Shown here: positions 8,487-16,943 of the stretch, in pieces
Layout: the number at the start of each line of letters is the position of its first letter
Numbering within the stretch: position 1 is the stretch's first letter
Assembly: GCA_028821475.1 (NCBI GenBank)
Contig: JAPPGB010000086.1
Span: 54,896 to 118,895, forward strand
Direction: 5' to 3'
Origin: Spirochaetaceae bacterium
Lineage (GTDB): Bacteria; Spirochaetota; Spirochaetia; SZUA-6; Bin103
DNA length: 64,000 nt
Program-made: the position numbers and the translations under genes
Notes under the pieces: generated by a model
Databases searched by the model: none
The model's input: only the letters and a program-made list of their open reading frames with translations
Told to the model about the DNA's origin: nothing

Positions 8487-9536
8487 ATGGATTTGCAGCC
8501 GTTTCGCGTCTCCAACGACGCGCTGTCCGACCCGGTGGAGTTGCGCCGGCGGTTCGAAGAGGAAGGCTACCTGTTCCTGCGCAAGTTGCAGGACCCCGAC
8601 AAGCTGTGGCGGCTCCGCCTCGAAATACTGGAGGCGCTGCGGGGGGCGAGCGACTGGATGGTGCCGGGCAGCGACCTGGCGGAGGGACGCGTGGACCCGT
8701 CCAGGGCGATCACCGAGGGGAACCGCGAGTACGCGCGCATCTACACACACGTGCAGAAGCTGCGCTCGATGCACGCGTCCGGACACTGGCCCGAGGTGGT
8801 CGACCTGATCGGCACGGTCATCGACGGCCCGGTGCTGCCCCACCCGATGAAGATCACCCGCCTGTGGTTCCCGCAGTACACCGAGCACACCACGCCGTTC
8901 CACCAGGACTTCGTCCACTTCCAGAGCAACCTGGAGGTGATCACGGCGTGGACCCCGCTCGGCGACTGTCCCATGGAGCTGGGGCCGCTGGCGGTAGTGG
9001 AGGGCTCCCACAAGGTGGGCAAGGTGGTAGACCACCACTTCTCGCTCGGCGCCGGCGGCCAGAAGGTGACCCGGCCCGAGGAGCGTGGCATCCCGCGCTG
9101 CAGCGACTTCGAGATCGGTGACACGCTGATCTTCGGTTGCCTGATGGTGCACGGCGCGCTGCCCAACCTGACCGAGGACCGGCTGCGCGTCTCGCTCGAC
9201 AACCGCTACCAGCGCGACGGCCTGCCGGTATCGGAACAGCAGCTTCTCCCGCACCTGGTCGAGGGCCTTACCTGGGAGCAGGTGTACCAGGACTGGCCGG
9301 CAGACGACTCGCTGAAGTACTACTGGCGATCCTCGCAATTCGAGCTGGTCGAGCGGGACACACGGTTCGGCGAAATCGCGTTCGCGGAGGCGCTGGAACT
9401 GGCCGAGCAGGGTGACGAGCACGCCATCATCGCCCTCAAAAGGGTTGTCGCGGAGAGTCCCAACTACGAGGGCGTGACCAAGGCGCAGCGGGTGCTGGAG
9501 AAGATCGGCCTCCTGGAGACGGCGCCCGGCGCGTGA
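8487..9536 (+). CDS. Phytanoyl-CoA dioxygenase (PhyH) family Fe(II)/2-oxoglutarate oxygenase
   Basis: It has an HxD motif (HQDFVHF), a distal His (MVHGALPN) and PhyH-like length. Confidence 0.75.
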   Translation: MDLQPFRVSNDALSDPVELRRRFEEEGYLFLRKLQDPDKLWRLRLEILEALRGASDWMVPGSDLAEGRVDPSRAITEGNREYARIYTHVQKLRSMHASGHWPEVVDLIGTVIDGPVLPHPMKITRLWFPQYTEHTTPFHQDFVHFQSNLEVITAWTPLGDCPMELGPLAVVEGSHKVGKVVDHHFSLGAGGQKVTRPEERGIPRCSDFEIGDTLIFGCLMVHGALPNLTEDRLRVSLDNRYQRDGLPVSEQQLLPHLVEGLTWEQVYQDWPADDSLKYYWRSSQFELVERDTRFGEIAFAEALELAEQGDEHAIIALKRVVAESPNYEGVTKAQRVLEKIGLLETAPGA

Positions 9537-11047
9537 GCGGCACGCCGCGGCGGCCGAAGCGGCCCAACATCCTGTGGCTGTGCACCGACCAGCAGCGCTA
9601 CGACACGCTCGGCGCGCAGGGCAACCGCCATGTGCGCACGCCGCGCCTGGACGAGTTGTGGCGCTCCGGCACCGCGTTCACCCACGCCTACTGCCAGAGC
9701 CCGATCTGCACGCCGAGCCGCGCCAGCTTCCTGACCGGCACCTACCCGAGCACCTGCCACAACACGCGCAACGGCAACGACACGTTCGTGGGCCGCTTTC
9801 CGCTGGTGACGCGGCTGCTGGCCGACGCCGGCTATGACTGCGGGCTGATCGGCAAGCTGCACCTGGCCAGCGCCTACGGGCGCATCGAGCCGCGCGCCGA
9901 CGACGGCTACCGCTACTGGCGCTACAGCCACGGACCGCGCGACGACTGGCCGGTGGGCCACGACTACGCCGACTGGGTGCGCGCTCACGGCGCCGTGCTC
10001 GGCGAGTTGATCCAGGATCCGGCCGGCGTGCCGGCGCCGCTGCACCAGACCACCTGGGCCGCCGAGCGCACCATCGAGTTCATCAACGAGCAACGCGCGG
10101 CGGAAACCCCCTGGCTGGCATGCGTGAACATCTACGACCCTCACCCGCCGTTCAATCCGCCGCAGGAGTACCGCGACCGCTACGACCCGGCCGCCATGCC
10201 GGGGCCGCTGTTCCGGGACAGCGACCTCGCCCAGCAGGAGCGGCTGGAGGCGGTCGACTTCCAGTCCAAGGGCCGTCCGCCGGACGACCTGGACATCCGC
10301 AGCCCGGTTATCCCGGTGTCGCCCGGACGGGAAGGCGCCGCGGCGGCGGGTGCGCCGGGCGGCGATGCGTCCGCCATGCCGGCGCATACCACCGCGCGCG
10401 ACGCGCGCACCCTGCAGGCCGCCTACTACGCCATGATCGAGCTGATCGACGACCAGGTGGGGCGGGTGCTCGACGCCCTGCGCGAGTCCGGCCAGGCGGA
10501 CAACACGCTGGTGATCTTCACCAGCGACCACGGCGAGATGCTCGGTGACCACGGCCTGATCCAGAAGGGCTGCCGCTTCTACGAGGGGCTGGTGCGGGTG
10601 CCGCTGATCCTGTCCTGGCCGGGTGAGATTGGCGCCGGACAGCGCAGCGATGCCCTGGTGGAGCTCACCGACTTGGCGCCCACGCTGCTGGAAGCGGCCG
10701 GCGAGGCGGTGCCGGAGTGGATGCAGGGCCGTTCGCTGCTGCCGATGAGCACCGGCGCCGCCCCGCTCGACCACCACCGGGAGGCGGTGTGGTGCGAGTT
10801 CTTCGACGCGCTCGACGCGCCCGACGCCACGCGCGCCACCATGTACCGGCGCGGTCGCTACAAGCTGGTGGTCTACCACGGCCACGGCCTGGGCGAGCTG
10901 TACGACCTCGAACGCGACCCCGGCGAGTTCGACAACCTGTGGGACGACCCGCGGCATGCGGAGTTGAAGGCCGAACTGCTGCTGGACAGCTACGCCGCCG
11001 CCATGGCCGCCGTCGACGTGGGCACGAAGCGCGTCGGCCCGATGTAG
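9533..11047 (+). CDS. Sulfatase (formylglycine-dependent arylsulfatase family)
   Basis: It has the CxPxR signature (CTPSRASFLTG) and a sulfatase N-terminal metal-binding region (LWLCTDQQR). Confidence 0.85.
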   Translation: MSGTPRRPKRPNILWLCTDQQRYDTLGAQGNRHVRTPRLDELWRSGTAFTHAYCQSPICTPSRASFLTGTYPSTCHNTRNGNDTFVGRFPLVTRLLADAGYDCGLIGKLHLASAYGRIEPRADDGYRYWRYSHGPRDDWPVGHDYADWVRAHGAVLGELIQDPAGVPAPLHQTTWAAERTIEFINEQRAAETPWLACVNIYDPHPPFNPPQEYRDRYDPAAMPGPLFRDSDLAQQERLEAVDFQSKGRPPDDLDIRSPVIPVSPGREGAAAAGAPGGDASAMPAHTTARDARTLQAAYYAMIELIDDQVGRVLDALRESGQADNTLVIFTSDHGEMLGDHGLIQKGCRFYEGLVRVPLILSWPGEIGAGQRSDALVELTDLAPTLLEAAGEAVPEWMQGRSLLPMSTGAAPLDHHREAVWCEFFDALDAPDATRATMYRRGRYKLVVYHGHGLGELYDLERDPGEFDNLWDDPRHAELKAELLLDSYAAAMAAVDVGTKRVGPM

Positions 11048-11057
11048 GCGCGGCGCG

Positions 11058-11384
11058 ATGGCTCGGGTAATCGAGCGCGACGAGGTGCGGCGCCTGCTGG
11101 CGGAGGGCGAGGCGGTGCTGATCGAGGTGATGCCGGAAGAAGAGTTCCGGCGCGGCCACATTGCCGGCGCGGTGAACATTCCGCTGGAGCGGATCGGCGC
11201 CACCTGCCGGCAGCGCTACCGGACGGACCAGCAGCTCATCCTGTACTGCGCCGACCAGGCGTGCGCGGCCAGCGGCCTGGCGGCGCGCAAGCTGGCCTTC
11301 TTCGGTTTCCACGACACCCTGGAGTACGGCGCCGGCAAGCAGGACTGGCAGGACGCCGGCCTGCCGATGGCGTCCGGTCCCTGA
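11058..11384 (+). CDS. Rhodanese-like domain protein
   Basis: A single rhodanese domain of about 108 aa with the active-site Cys loop (YCADQACAAS). Confidence 0.75.
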   Translation: MARVIERDEVRRLLAEGEAVLIEVMPEEEFRRGHIAGAVNIPLERIGATCRQRYRTDQQLILYCADQACAASGLAARKLAFFGFHDTLEYGAGKQDWQDAGLPMASGP

Positions 11385-11402
11385 CGCGATGACCCTAACC
11401 CG

Positions 11403-12926
11403 GTGAGCGCACGCCCGGACATCGTATGGGTCATGTGCGACCAGTTGCGCTGGGATGCCGTCGGGTACGCCGGGAACCCGGCGGCGCGCACCCCCAACAT
11501 CGACCGCCTGGCGGAGCGCGGCGCGTGGTTCGAGAGCGCGTACTGTGCTTCCCCGCTGTGCTCGCCGGCGCGGGCGAGCTGGCTCACCGGCACCTACCCG
11601 CACACCCACCGGCTGTGCAACAACTACGCGCCCTCGCGCGAGGGGATCGACGGCTGCACGCTGTCCGACCGGTGCGTGACCATCGCCGACCTGTTGCGGC
11701 AGCACGGCTATGCGTGCGGCAACGTGGGGGTGTGGCACCTGAGCGACGACGCCGTTCCCGCGCACGGCTTTACCGACCACTGGTGCTGCTTCAGCTACGT
11801 CTACGAGAACCTCCCCGGCCCCTTCTTCGGCGACCTGGAAGAGCAGGGCATCGCCAACCCCTACGCCCTGGATGCTCCGGGGATATTCCGCTACGGCCGC
11901 GAGATGCCGCTCGGCGTGCTGACCGACCCACGCCAGCAGCGCACCACCTGGACCGTCGACCAGGCGCTCGCCGTCCTGGAACGCGACCGCGACCAGCCGC
12001 TGTTCCTGCTCGTCGGCGTCAAGGACCCGCATCCACCGATCATCCCACCACCGGAGTTGCTCGCCCTCTACGACCCGGACCGGCTGCCGTTCCCGCACAA
12101 CTTCCACGACCCGCTGGAAGGCAAGCCGCGTTCGCAGGCCCGGCGCCGCGGCCGCGTCCCGCCGGGCTCGGTCACGGACGAGGAATTCCGCACCGTGATG
12201 CGCTACTACTACGCGCTCGTCACCCACGTCGACCGGCAGATCGGGCGCCTGGTCGCGGCGCTCGAACGGGCCGGGCGCCTCGACCGCACCATCTTCGTGG
12301 TGAACAGCGACCACGGCGAGATGCTCGGCAACCACGGCTTCGTGGAGAAGGCGCTGATGTACGAGGAGTCGGTGCGCGTGCCGTGCCTGATCTCCTGGCC
12401 GGAGGCGATACCGGCCGGGCAGCGCGTCACGACTCCGTTCGGCGGGGTGGACCTGGTCCCCACCCTGCTCGGCCTCGCCGGGGCGCCCGCGCCCGCCTCC
12501 CTGGAAGGCCGGTCGATGGCGCCCGCGATCATGGCCGGCGCCGTCCCCGAGCCGGCTCCCGTGTTCGCGGAGGTCGCCGGCGCCGCGGCGATCTACGAGG
12601 GCGACCGCGACCCGGCCCAGCTCGCCGCCCACGTCATGGTGGTCGCGGACCGCTGGAAGTACGTGTGGAACCGCTTCGAGATCGATGAACTGTACGACCT
12701 CGCTGGCGACCCGGCGGAGATGCACAACCGGGCGCAGTCGCCGTCGTGCGCAGAACGCGTGGCCGGGATGCGGCGGCTCATCGTCGCCATGCTGGAGCGC
12801 AACGGTCCCGGCTGGTACGACTGGTGCACCCAACTTCCACACGCCGGGCGTGCCGGGCTTGCCCGGCTACAACCTGTTCCTGCCGATCCCGTTCAGCCGC
12901 TCGTGCCGCATCGTCTGGACACATAA
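11403..12926 (+). CDS. Sulfatase (second paralogue); the last ~30 codons are read through a relic fragment of a DUF2961 gene
   Basis: It has the CSPAR formylglycine motif and a GTG start. The 3' end, 12831-12926, is encoded by the 82-bp relic in a different frame from its origin. Confidence 0.8.
   Translation: MSARPDIVWVMCDQLRWDAVGYAGNPAARTPNIDRLAERGAWFESAYCASPLCSPARASWLTGTYPHTHRLCNNYAPSREGIDGCTLSDRCVTIADLLRQHGYACGNVGVWHLSDDAVPAHGFTDHWCCFSYVYENLPGPFFGDLEEQGIANPYALDAPGIFRYGREMPLGVLTDPRQQRTTWTVDQALAVLERDRDQPLFLLVGVKDPHPPIIPPPELLALYDPDRLPFPHNFHDPLEGKPRSQARRRGRVPPGSVTDEEFRTVMRYYYALVTHVDRQIGRLVAALERAGRLDRTIFVVNSDHGEMLGNHGFVEKALMYEESVRVPCLISWPEAIPAGQRVTTPFGGVDLVPTLLGLAGAPAPASLEGRSMAPAIMAGAVPEPAPVFAEVAGAAAIYEGDRDPAQLAAHVMVVADRWKYVWNRFEIDELYDLAGDPAEMHNRAQSPSCAERVAGMRRLIVAMLERNGPGWYDWCTQLPHAGRAGLARLQPVPADPVQPLVPHRLDT
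12831..12912 (+). pseudogene. 82-bp relic of a DUF2961/GH172-like gene (76/82 identical to 15839-15920, codons 108-134 of the intact gene at 15519-16943)
   Basis: Direct alignment of the two stretches. The relic abuts the AT-rich island at 12913. Confidence 0.7.
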
Positions 12927-12992
12927 TTATGTTACTACAAATGGATTGCAGCTCCTCCCTACCTCGGCGGCCGAATTATCTCCGATCGCTTG

Positions 12993-13020
12993 TTGACAAT
13001 TTCGGAAAAAGCTGTATTGT
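12993..13020 (+). promoter_or_regulatory. Sigma70-like promoter candidate for the island operon (TTGACA-N16-TATTGT)
   Basis: The -35 element is at 12993-12998 and the -10 at 13015-13020. It lies about 30 bp upstream of the GAAGG RBS and the ATG at 13050. Confidence 0.4.
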
Positions 13021-13049
13021 CCGGGCACGCGACTTGGCGTGAAGGTTTC

Positions 13050-13541
13050 ATGCGATTGATTACGACTACCAGTGCACAACAACACCGCATTCACTTTGAG
13101 ACGAGGAAGGGTACCCCTATTGTCAACTCCCAGTCGCCGGTCATCGCAGCGTGGCAGACCAACCAGTTCTCCCAACTCCAACGACGGTACCCCAAAATAG
13201 TACATCGTACCGGGCCTTCCGGTTTCTACAACTGTCATGGACTCGTCTTCGCGTCGCGTCGCGCGGAGATATACACTCCTGAAGTTAACAAGATTCTTCA
13301 TGAAGATTGCTACAGTGAGATTAGGCCGCTACAAGACGTGAAACCTGGGGATGTCATTCTATACTATGACTCCGACGGGGACATTGAGCACTCTGGAATT
13401 GTAGTTGCCGAACCGAGAGCCGACACGCTACTTATTCCGATGGTGGTGAGCAAGTGGGGCGCGTGGCGTGAGGTGGTCCATTTCGCCAATGATTGCCCGT
13501 ACACTTTCGCGGACGCAAGATACTACAGAGTGGTGTCATGA
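13050..13541 (+). CDS. Island ORF1: predicted papain-fold (NlpC/P60 or CHAP-like) Cys/His hydrolase, 163 aa
   Basis: There is a Cys in YNCHGLVFAS and a downstream His in DIEHSGIVV, in the NlpC/P60-CHAP order, with a GAAGG RBS. The track ORF starts at TTG 12990, which overlaps the promoter. This is a motif-level call only. Confidence 0.5.
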   Translation: MRLITTTSAQQHRIHFETRKGTPIVNSQSPVIAAWQTNQFSQLQRRYPKIVHRTGPSGFYNCHGLVFASRRAEIYTPEVNKILHEDCYSEIRPLQDVKPGDVILYYDSDGDIEHSGIVVAEPRADTLLIPMVVSKWGAWREVVHFANDCPYTFADARYYRVVS

Positions 13542-13981
13542 TCGATCTCTTGGAGAACCGCGTATATTCTGTTGCTGATACTCTGTTGGTCGCAAACACA
13601 CCTGTTTACTTGCTCAAGCGTCTGCGACAGTCTCTCGTGGACCTTGCCAAGGAAATCCCCATTGACCGGATAGTCGAGGAGTTGCGCAAGGAACTGTCTG
13701 ATTCATCCCCGAATCAATTCGACCTCCAGAAAACAGCGTACGTGTACGCGTTATTTGTGTTGATGACGTACGAGCCATACCAATATGTCCGGGACGAGCT
13801 CCGTTGGATCCGCGAAAGTGGACTCCGTTGGATCCGCGAAGTAATTGAACACTACGAGCGCTCGGCAGTGTCCTTGGATTCGGTCACGGTTGACATTCCC
13901 GCTCGGAACGTACGGTTCTATACGACCACAGCAACGGATAATACCAACACACCTATCTCCTTGGATATCGCTCAGGGATGA
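13538..13981 (+). CDS. Island ORF2: hypothetical protein (147 aa, predicted helical)
   Basis: It is coupled to ORF1 by an ATGA overlap. It contains an internal 18-bp direct duplication (LRWIRE x2). I recognise no family. Confidence 0.45.
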   Translation: MIDLLENRVYSVADTLLVANTPVYLLKRLRQSLVDLAKEIPIDRIVEELRKELSDSSPNQFDLQKTAYVYALFVLMTYEPYQYVRDELRWIRESGLRWIREVIEHYERSAVSLDSVTVDIPARNVRFYTTTATDNTNTPISLDIAQG

Positions 13982-14418
13982 AGTCTATCTTCTTCGTAGT
14001 CTCCGAGGGATCGTCAATCGATATTTCGACCAATGCCCTCTCTATCTTCAACATTATTGAAGGCATTAGTTCCGCGAGTCTGCCCCTCATTATCCCGAAA
14101 TGCATAATAACTCTAGTTGTGGAACGGGAGGAAGGCGATCCCGAACCGATAGAGGGTCGCATCACCATAACCAACAACGAGCATGAGATACACTCAACTC
14201 CGGCGCAAATCCATGCCCGAGGTGCGCCCGGCGCGAGGCTGTCAATCACAATAAACGGGCTTCCGGTTCATGCTCCTGGCAAACTGACCTTCAAGTATAC
14301 AGTTGACGATTCAAACTTTGAGGCGCAGACTAGCATAAGCGTATCAGAACCCAAGGTCTCAGGGGAACAACATAGTGAGCCTGCGGGCTCTATATCGACG
14401 CCGCAGCCTTCTTGCTGA
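13978..14418 (+). CDS. Island ORF3: hypothetical protein (146 aa, predicted beta-rich)
   Basis: It is coupled to ORF2 by an ATGA overlap. I recognise no family. Confidence 0.45.
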   Translation: MKSIFFVVSEGSSIDISTNALSIFNIIEGISSASLPLIIPKCIITLVVEREEGDPEPIEGRITITNNEHEIHSTPAQIHARGAPGARLSITINGLPVHAPGKLTFKYTVDDSNFEAQTSISVSEPKVSGEQHSEPAGSISTPQPSC

Positions 14419-15080
14419 GACAAAGATCTAGTCGGATCGTCAATAGATTGGTTGATATACAGAGCAGTGCTATCAGAGACGATCCCGCCATTGGGCTCTA
14501 TGCGGCTCAGATGGACGAGATAAAGAAGCGCGCCGATGTCGTAGCATGCTTTCTGACACGTCGGTGTACTGCGCTGTATGATGTGCCGAGTGCTGAATGC
14601 GTAGCGCTGCAGATTCGCAAGATACTGGAGTTGATTGCGCTGGCTTCTCTGGTTGCGAACAAGGCGGAGTACGCGGCGATGCATGCGAAGTTTGAAGAAC
14701 ACTGGAAGGCGAAAGAGATTCTGGACAACATCAGAGAGATCAATCCTAAATTCTATCCTGTTCCAACAATGCAGCATAGAAGGGAAGACGGGATATTCGA
14801 TAATCAGCCAGTTAAGACCGGCTTTCTCACAGCCGACAACTTCAAGACTCTATATGATCAGTGCTCTAAGCTGCTTCACGTACGAAACCCTTTTTCCAAG
14901 AAGGCAGCCGGTGATGCAAAGCGATTCCTGAAGGACGCAGCTCAGTGGATGAACAGAATTCGTGTGCTTCTAAATCATCACGAGATCATACTTGCAGGCC
15001 GTGATCAGTTGATCATCTGCCTAATGCGAAGCGAAGACGACGGACAACCGCACGCTGCCCTGTTCGAATTAGTAAAGTAA
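14412..15080 (+). CDS. Island ORF4: hypothetical protein with a C-terminal HEPN-like Rx4HH motif (possible RNase)
   Basis: It overlaps the ORF3 stop. It has a C-terminal motif NRIRVLLNHHEI (R-x4-H-H) in a predicted helical protein. The start codon is uncertain: TTG at 14412 or ATG at 14511. Confidence 0.4.
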   Translation: MLRQRSSRIVNRLVDIQSSAIRDDPAIGLYAAQMDEIKKRADVVACFLTRRCTALYDVPSAECVALQIRKILELIALASLVANKAEYAAMHAKFEEHWKAKEILDNIREINPKFYPVPTMQHRREDGIFDNQPVKTGFLTADNFKTLYDQCSKLLHVRNPFSKKAAGDAKRFLKDAAQWMNRIRVLLNHHEIILAGRDQLIICLMRSEDDGQPHAALFELVK

Positions 15081-15518
15081 CTTGCCCACTCAAACGTCGC
15101 GAAAAATCCACAACGGTAGCCAAGACGACGACGCTTTCTTTGTGAGGGGCTAACAGCACTGCGCAGTGTCGTCAACCCTGCCGTGTGAGCGTTTGGTAGG
15201 CTCTACTGCTCGCTCCTTCATTCGGTCCCTTACGAGCTTCTCTGGAGATTCTCGAGGTCGAGAACCCATCGAAGAGCGTATAGCATGGTCAAAGGTCTCT
15301 GCTCCCCAGGTCGCGCGGTCATTTTTGTAAACGACCAAGCCCCTATCGGTATCAAGAAGTCTAGTGGTGTTGCCCCGCAACAACCTGGCTTGTACGATTG
15401 ATGTGCCGGGAGGCTGGGAGGCTGTCTGACTGCGGCGGGCTGTCCCTGTCGCCGGTCGGGTGGACGCCGCAGGCGGCGCTCCGGGGCATGAGGCCGGCAG
15501 CTTCAGGAGGCTGACAAC

Positions 15519-16943
15519 GTGAACCAGTTCCCCACTACGACGGTCCAGGACCCGGCTGTCCCGATGGTCGCGCTGCCCGCGCGGTTCCGTTCGCAGCGTC
15601 AGATCACCAACGTGCGCGACGAGGATGTGCCGGCGGGCGGCTGCGTCGACATTCTGGACGTGGAGGGCCCCGGCGCCGTGCGCCACGTCTGGCTGCTGTA
15701 CGGCACCGGCCGGCGGCTGGAGATCACCGTCGACGGCGCGTCCGTGCCGCAGGTCGACGTGCCGTTCGACCCGTTCTTCGGCATCATGAACGACCTGCAG
15801 CCCTACCCGGTCGACTGCGCCGCCTACACCGTGCTGCCCAACTTCCAGACGCCGGGCGTACCGGGCGTGCCCGGCTACAACCTGTTCCTGCCGATCCCGT
15901 TCAGCCACTCCTGCCGCATCCGGCTGCACCTGCCGGCCACCGGCGAGCGGCGCGTGTCGACCATGGTGGACTGGCAGCAGTATGACGCCGGCACCGACCT
16001 CACGCCGTTCCGCCTCGGCGCCGAATACCATCGCTACCTGCCCGCCCCGCCGCGCAACCGCGCCTATCGCATCGCCGACGTCACCGGCAGCGGCTTCATC
16101 GCCGGCGTGGTGCTCGGCGCCCGGCAACGCAACCACACCGACATGGTGTACCACACCGGCGGCATGTCGATCCTGATCGACGGCGAGGACGACCCGCACG
16201 TGATCCGCGGCATCAACATGGAAGACGACTTCGGGTTCTCCTGGGGATTCCACGAGCGGCAGACGCGCTGGATCGGCTCGCCCTACCACCGGCGGCGCTC
16301 CCGCACCGACCAGGACGGCGTGATCTACCGCTTCTTCGGCCCCGACCCGATCGCCTTCCGCTCCTCGATCTCGCTGCGCTGCGGGTCGCGCGACGACGAC
16401 ATCGAGACGATGGCTTACTACTACCGGATCGCCGGATCGGAGGAGGAGGCGGCGCCGGCGCCGGTGCTGACCCCGGACCGCTGGCTGGTGACCGGCTTCC
16501 ACGACGGCGGCGGCGACTGGCAACGGTTCAGCGCGCCCGAGGAACCGGAAACCGTCCCGCACGACCGCTGGCGCGACCACTTTGCCGACCGGCCGAGGTT
16601 CATCCGCGAGGTGCCCCCCAACCGCGGCTGGATCGACTTCCGCTTCTCCGGCATCGACCCGGCGCTGCCCGGCAGCACCTTCGTGAACCGCTCGATGTAC
16701 GCCGCGGGATCGGTGAAAAGTGACCGCGAGTGCCGGGCGGTGCTACGAATCTCCTGTGACGACTGGCTCATCACCTGGCTGAACGGAACGCGTGTCGCAA
16801 CGCTGCGCCACGAGGACGGCTTTCAGACGGCCCGCATTCCGGTGACCTTGCTCCAGGGACGCAACACCCTGCTCATCAAGAACAACAACCTGCACCACTC
16901 GCACGCCGCCTGGGTCGCCAACGTAATGATCGAGGAAGGGTAG
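15519..16943 (+). CDS. DUF2961 (GH172-like) family protein
   Basis: GTG start with an AGGAGG RBS. The 474-aa product is recognised as DUF2961/GH172 by general similarity to DUF2961 proteins; I cannot point to a diagnostic motif. It contains the 82-bp segment duplicated at 12831-12912. Confidence 0.6.
   Translation: MNQFPTTTVQDPAVPMVALPARFRSQRQITNVRDEDVPAGGCVDILDVEGPGAVRHVWLLYGTGRRLEITVDGASVPQVDVPFDPFFGIMNDLQPYPVDCAAYTVLPNFQTPGVPGVPGYNLFLPIPFSHSCRIRLHLPATGERRVSTMVDWQQYDAGTDLTPFRLGAEYHRYLPAPPRNRAYRIADVTGSGFIAGVVLGARQRNHTDMVYHTGGMSILIDGEDDPHVIRGINMEDDFGFSWGFHERQTRWIGSPYHRRRSRTDQDGVIYRFFGPDPIAFRSSISLRCGSRDDDIETMAYYYRIAGSEEEAAPAPVLTPDRWLVTGFHDGGGDWQRFSAPEEPETVPHDRWRDHFADRPRFIREVPPNRGWIDFRFSGIDPALPGSTFVNRSMYAAGSVKSDRECRAVLRISCDDWLITWLNGTRVATLRHEDGFQTARIPVTLLQGRNTLLIKNNNLHHSHAAWVANVMIEEG

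Larger units (their letters stand above)
12913..15100 (+). mobile_element. AT-rich horizontally acquired island (about 45% GC against about 70% background) carrying four coupled ORFs; no integrase visible
   Basis: There is an abrupt compositional shift at 12913, directly after the relic fragment. AT-rich codon usage is shared by all four ORFs. Background composition returns gradually by about 15500. Confidence 0.6.

Noticed and set aside
8328-9422. N-terminal 365 codons of the minus-strand ORF 6303-9422
   Set aside because: It is antisense to the PhyH gene. The substrate-binding protein starts at the ATG at 8327, which has an RBS and a signal peptide.
10665-12842. 725-aa minus-strand ORF
   Set aside because: It is antisense to the two sulfatase genes and the rhodanese gene, with a low-complexity translation.
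15081-15518. tRNA or integrase as attachment site for the AT-rich island
   Set aside because: I could find no cloverleaf-like or T-loop (GGTTCGAATCC-like) sequence, no recombinase ORF and no terminal inverted repeats by eye. A computational tRNAscan/Aragorn run is still advisable.
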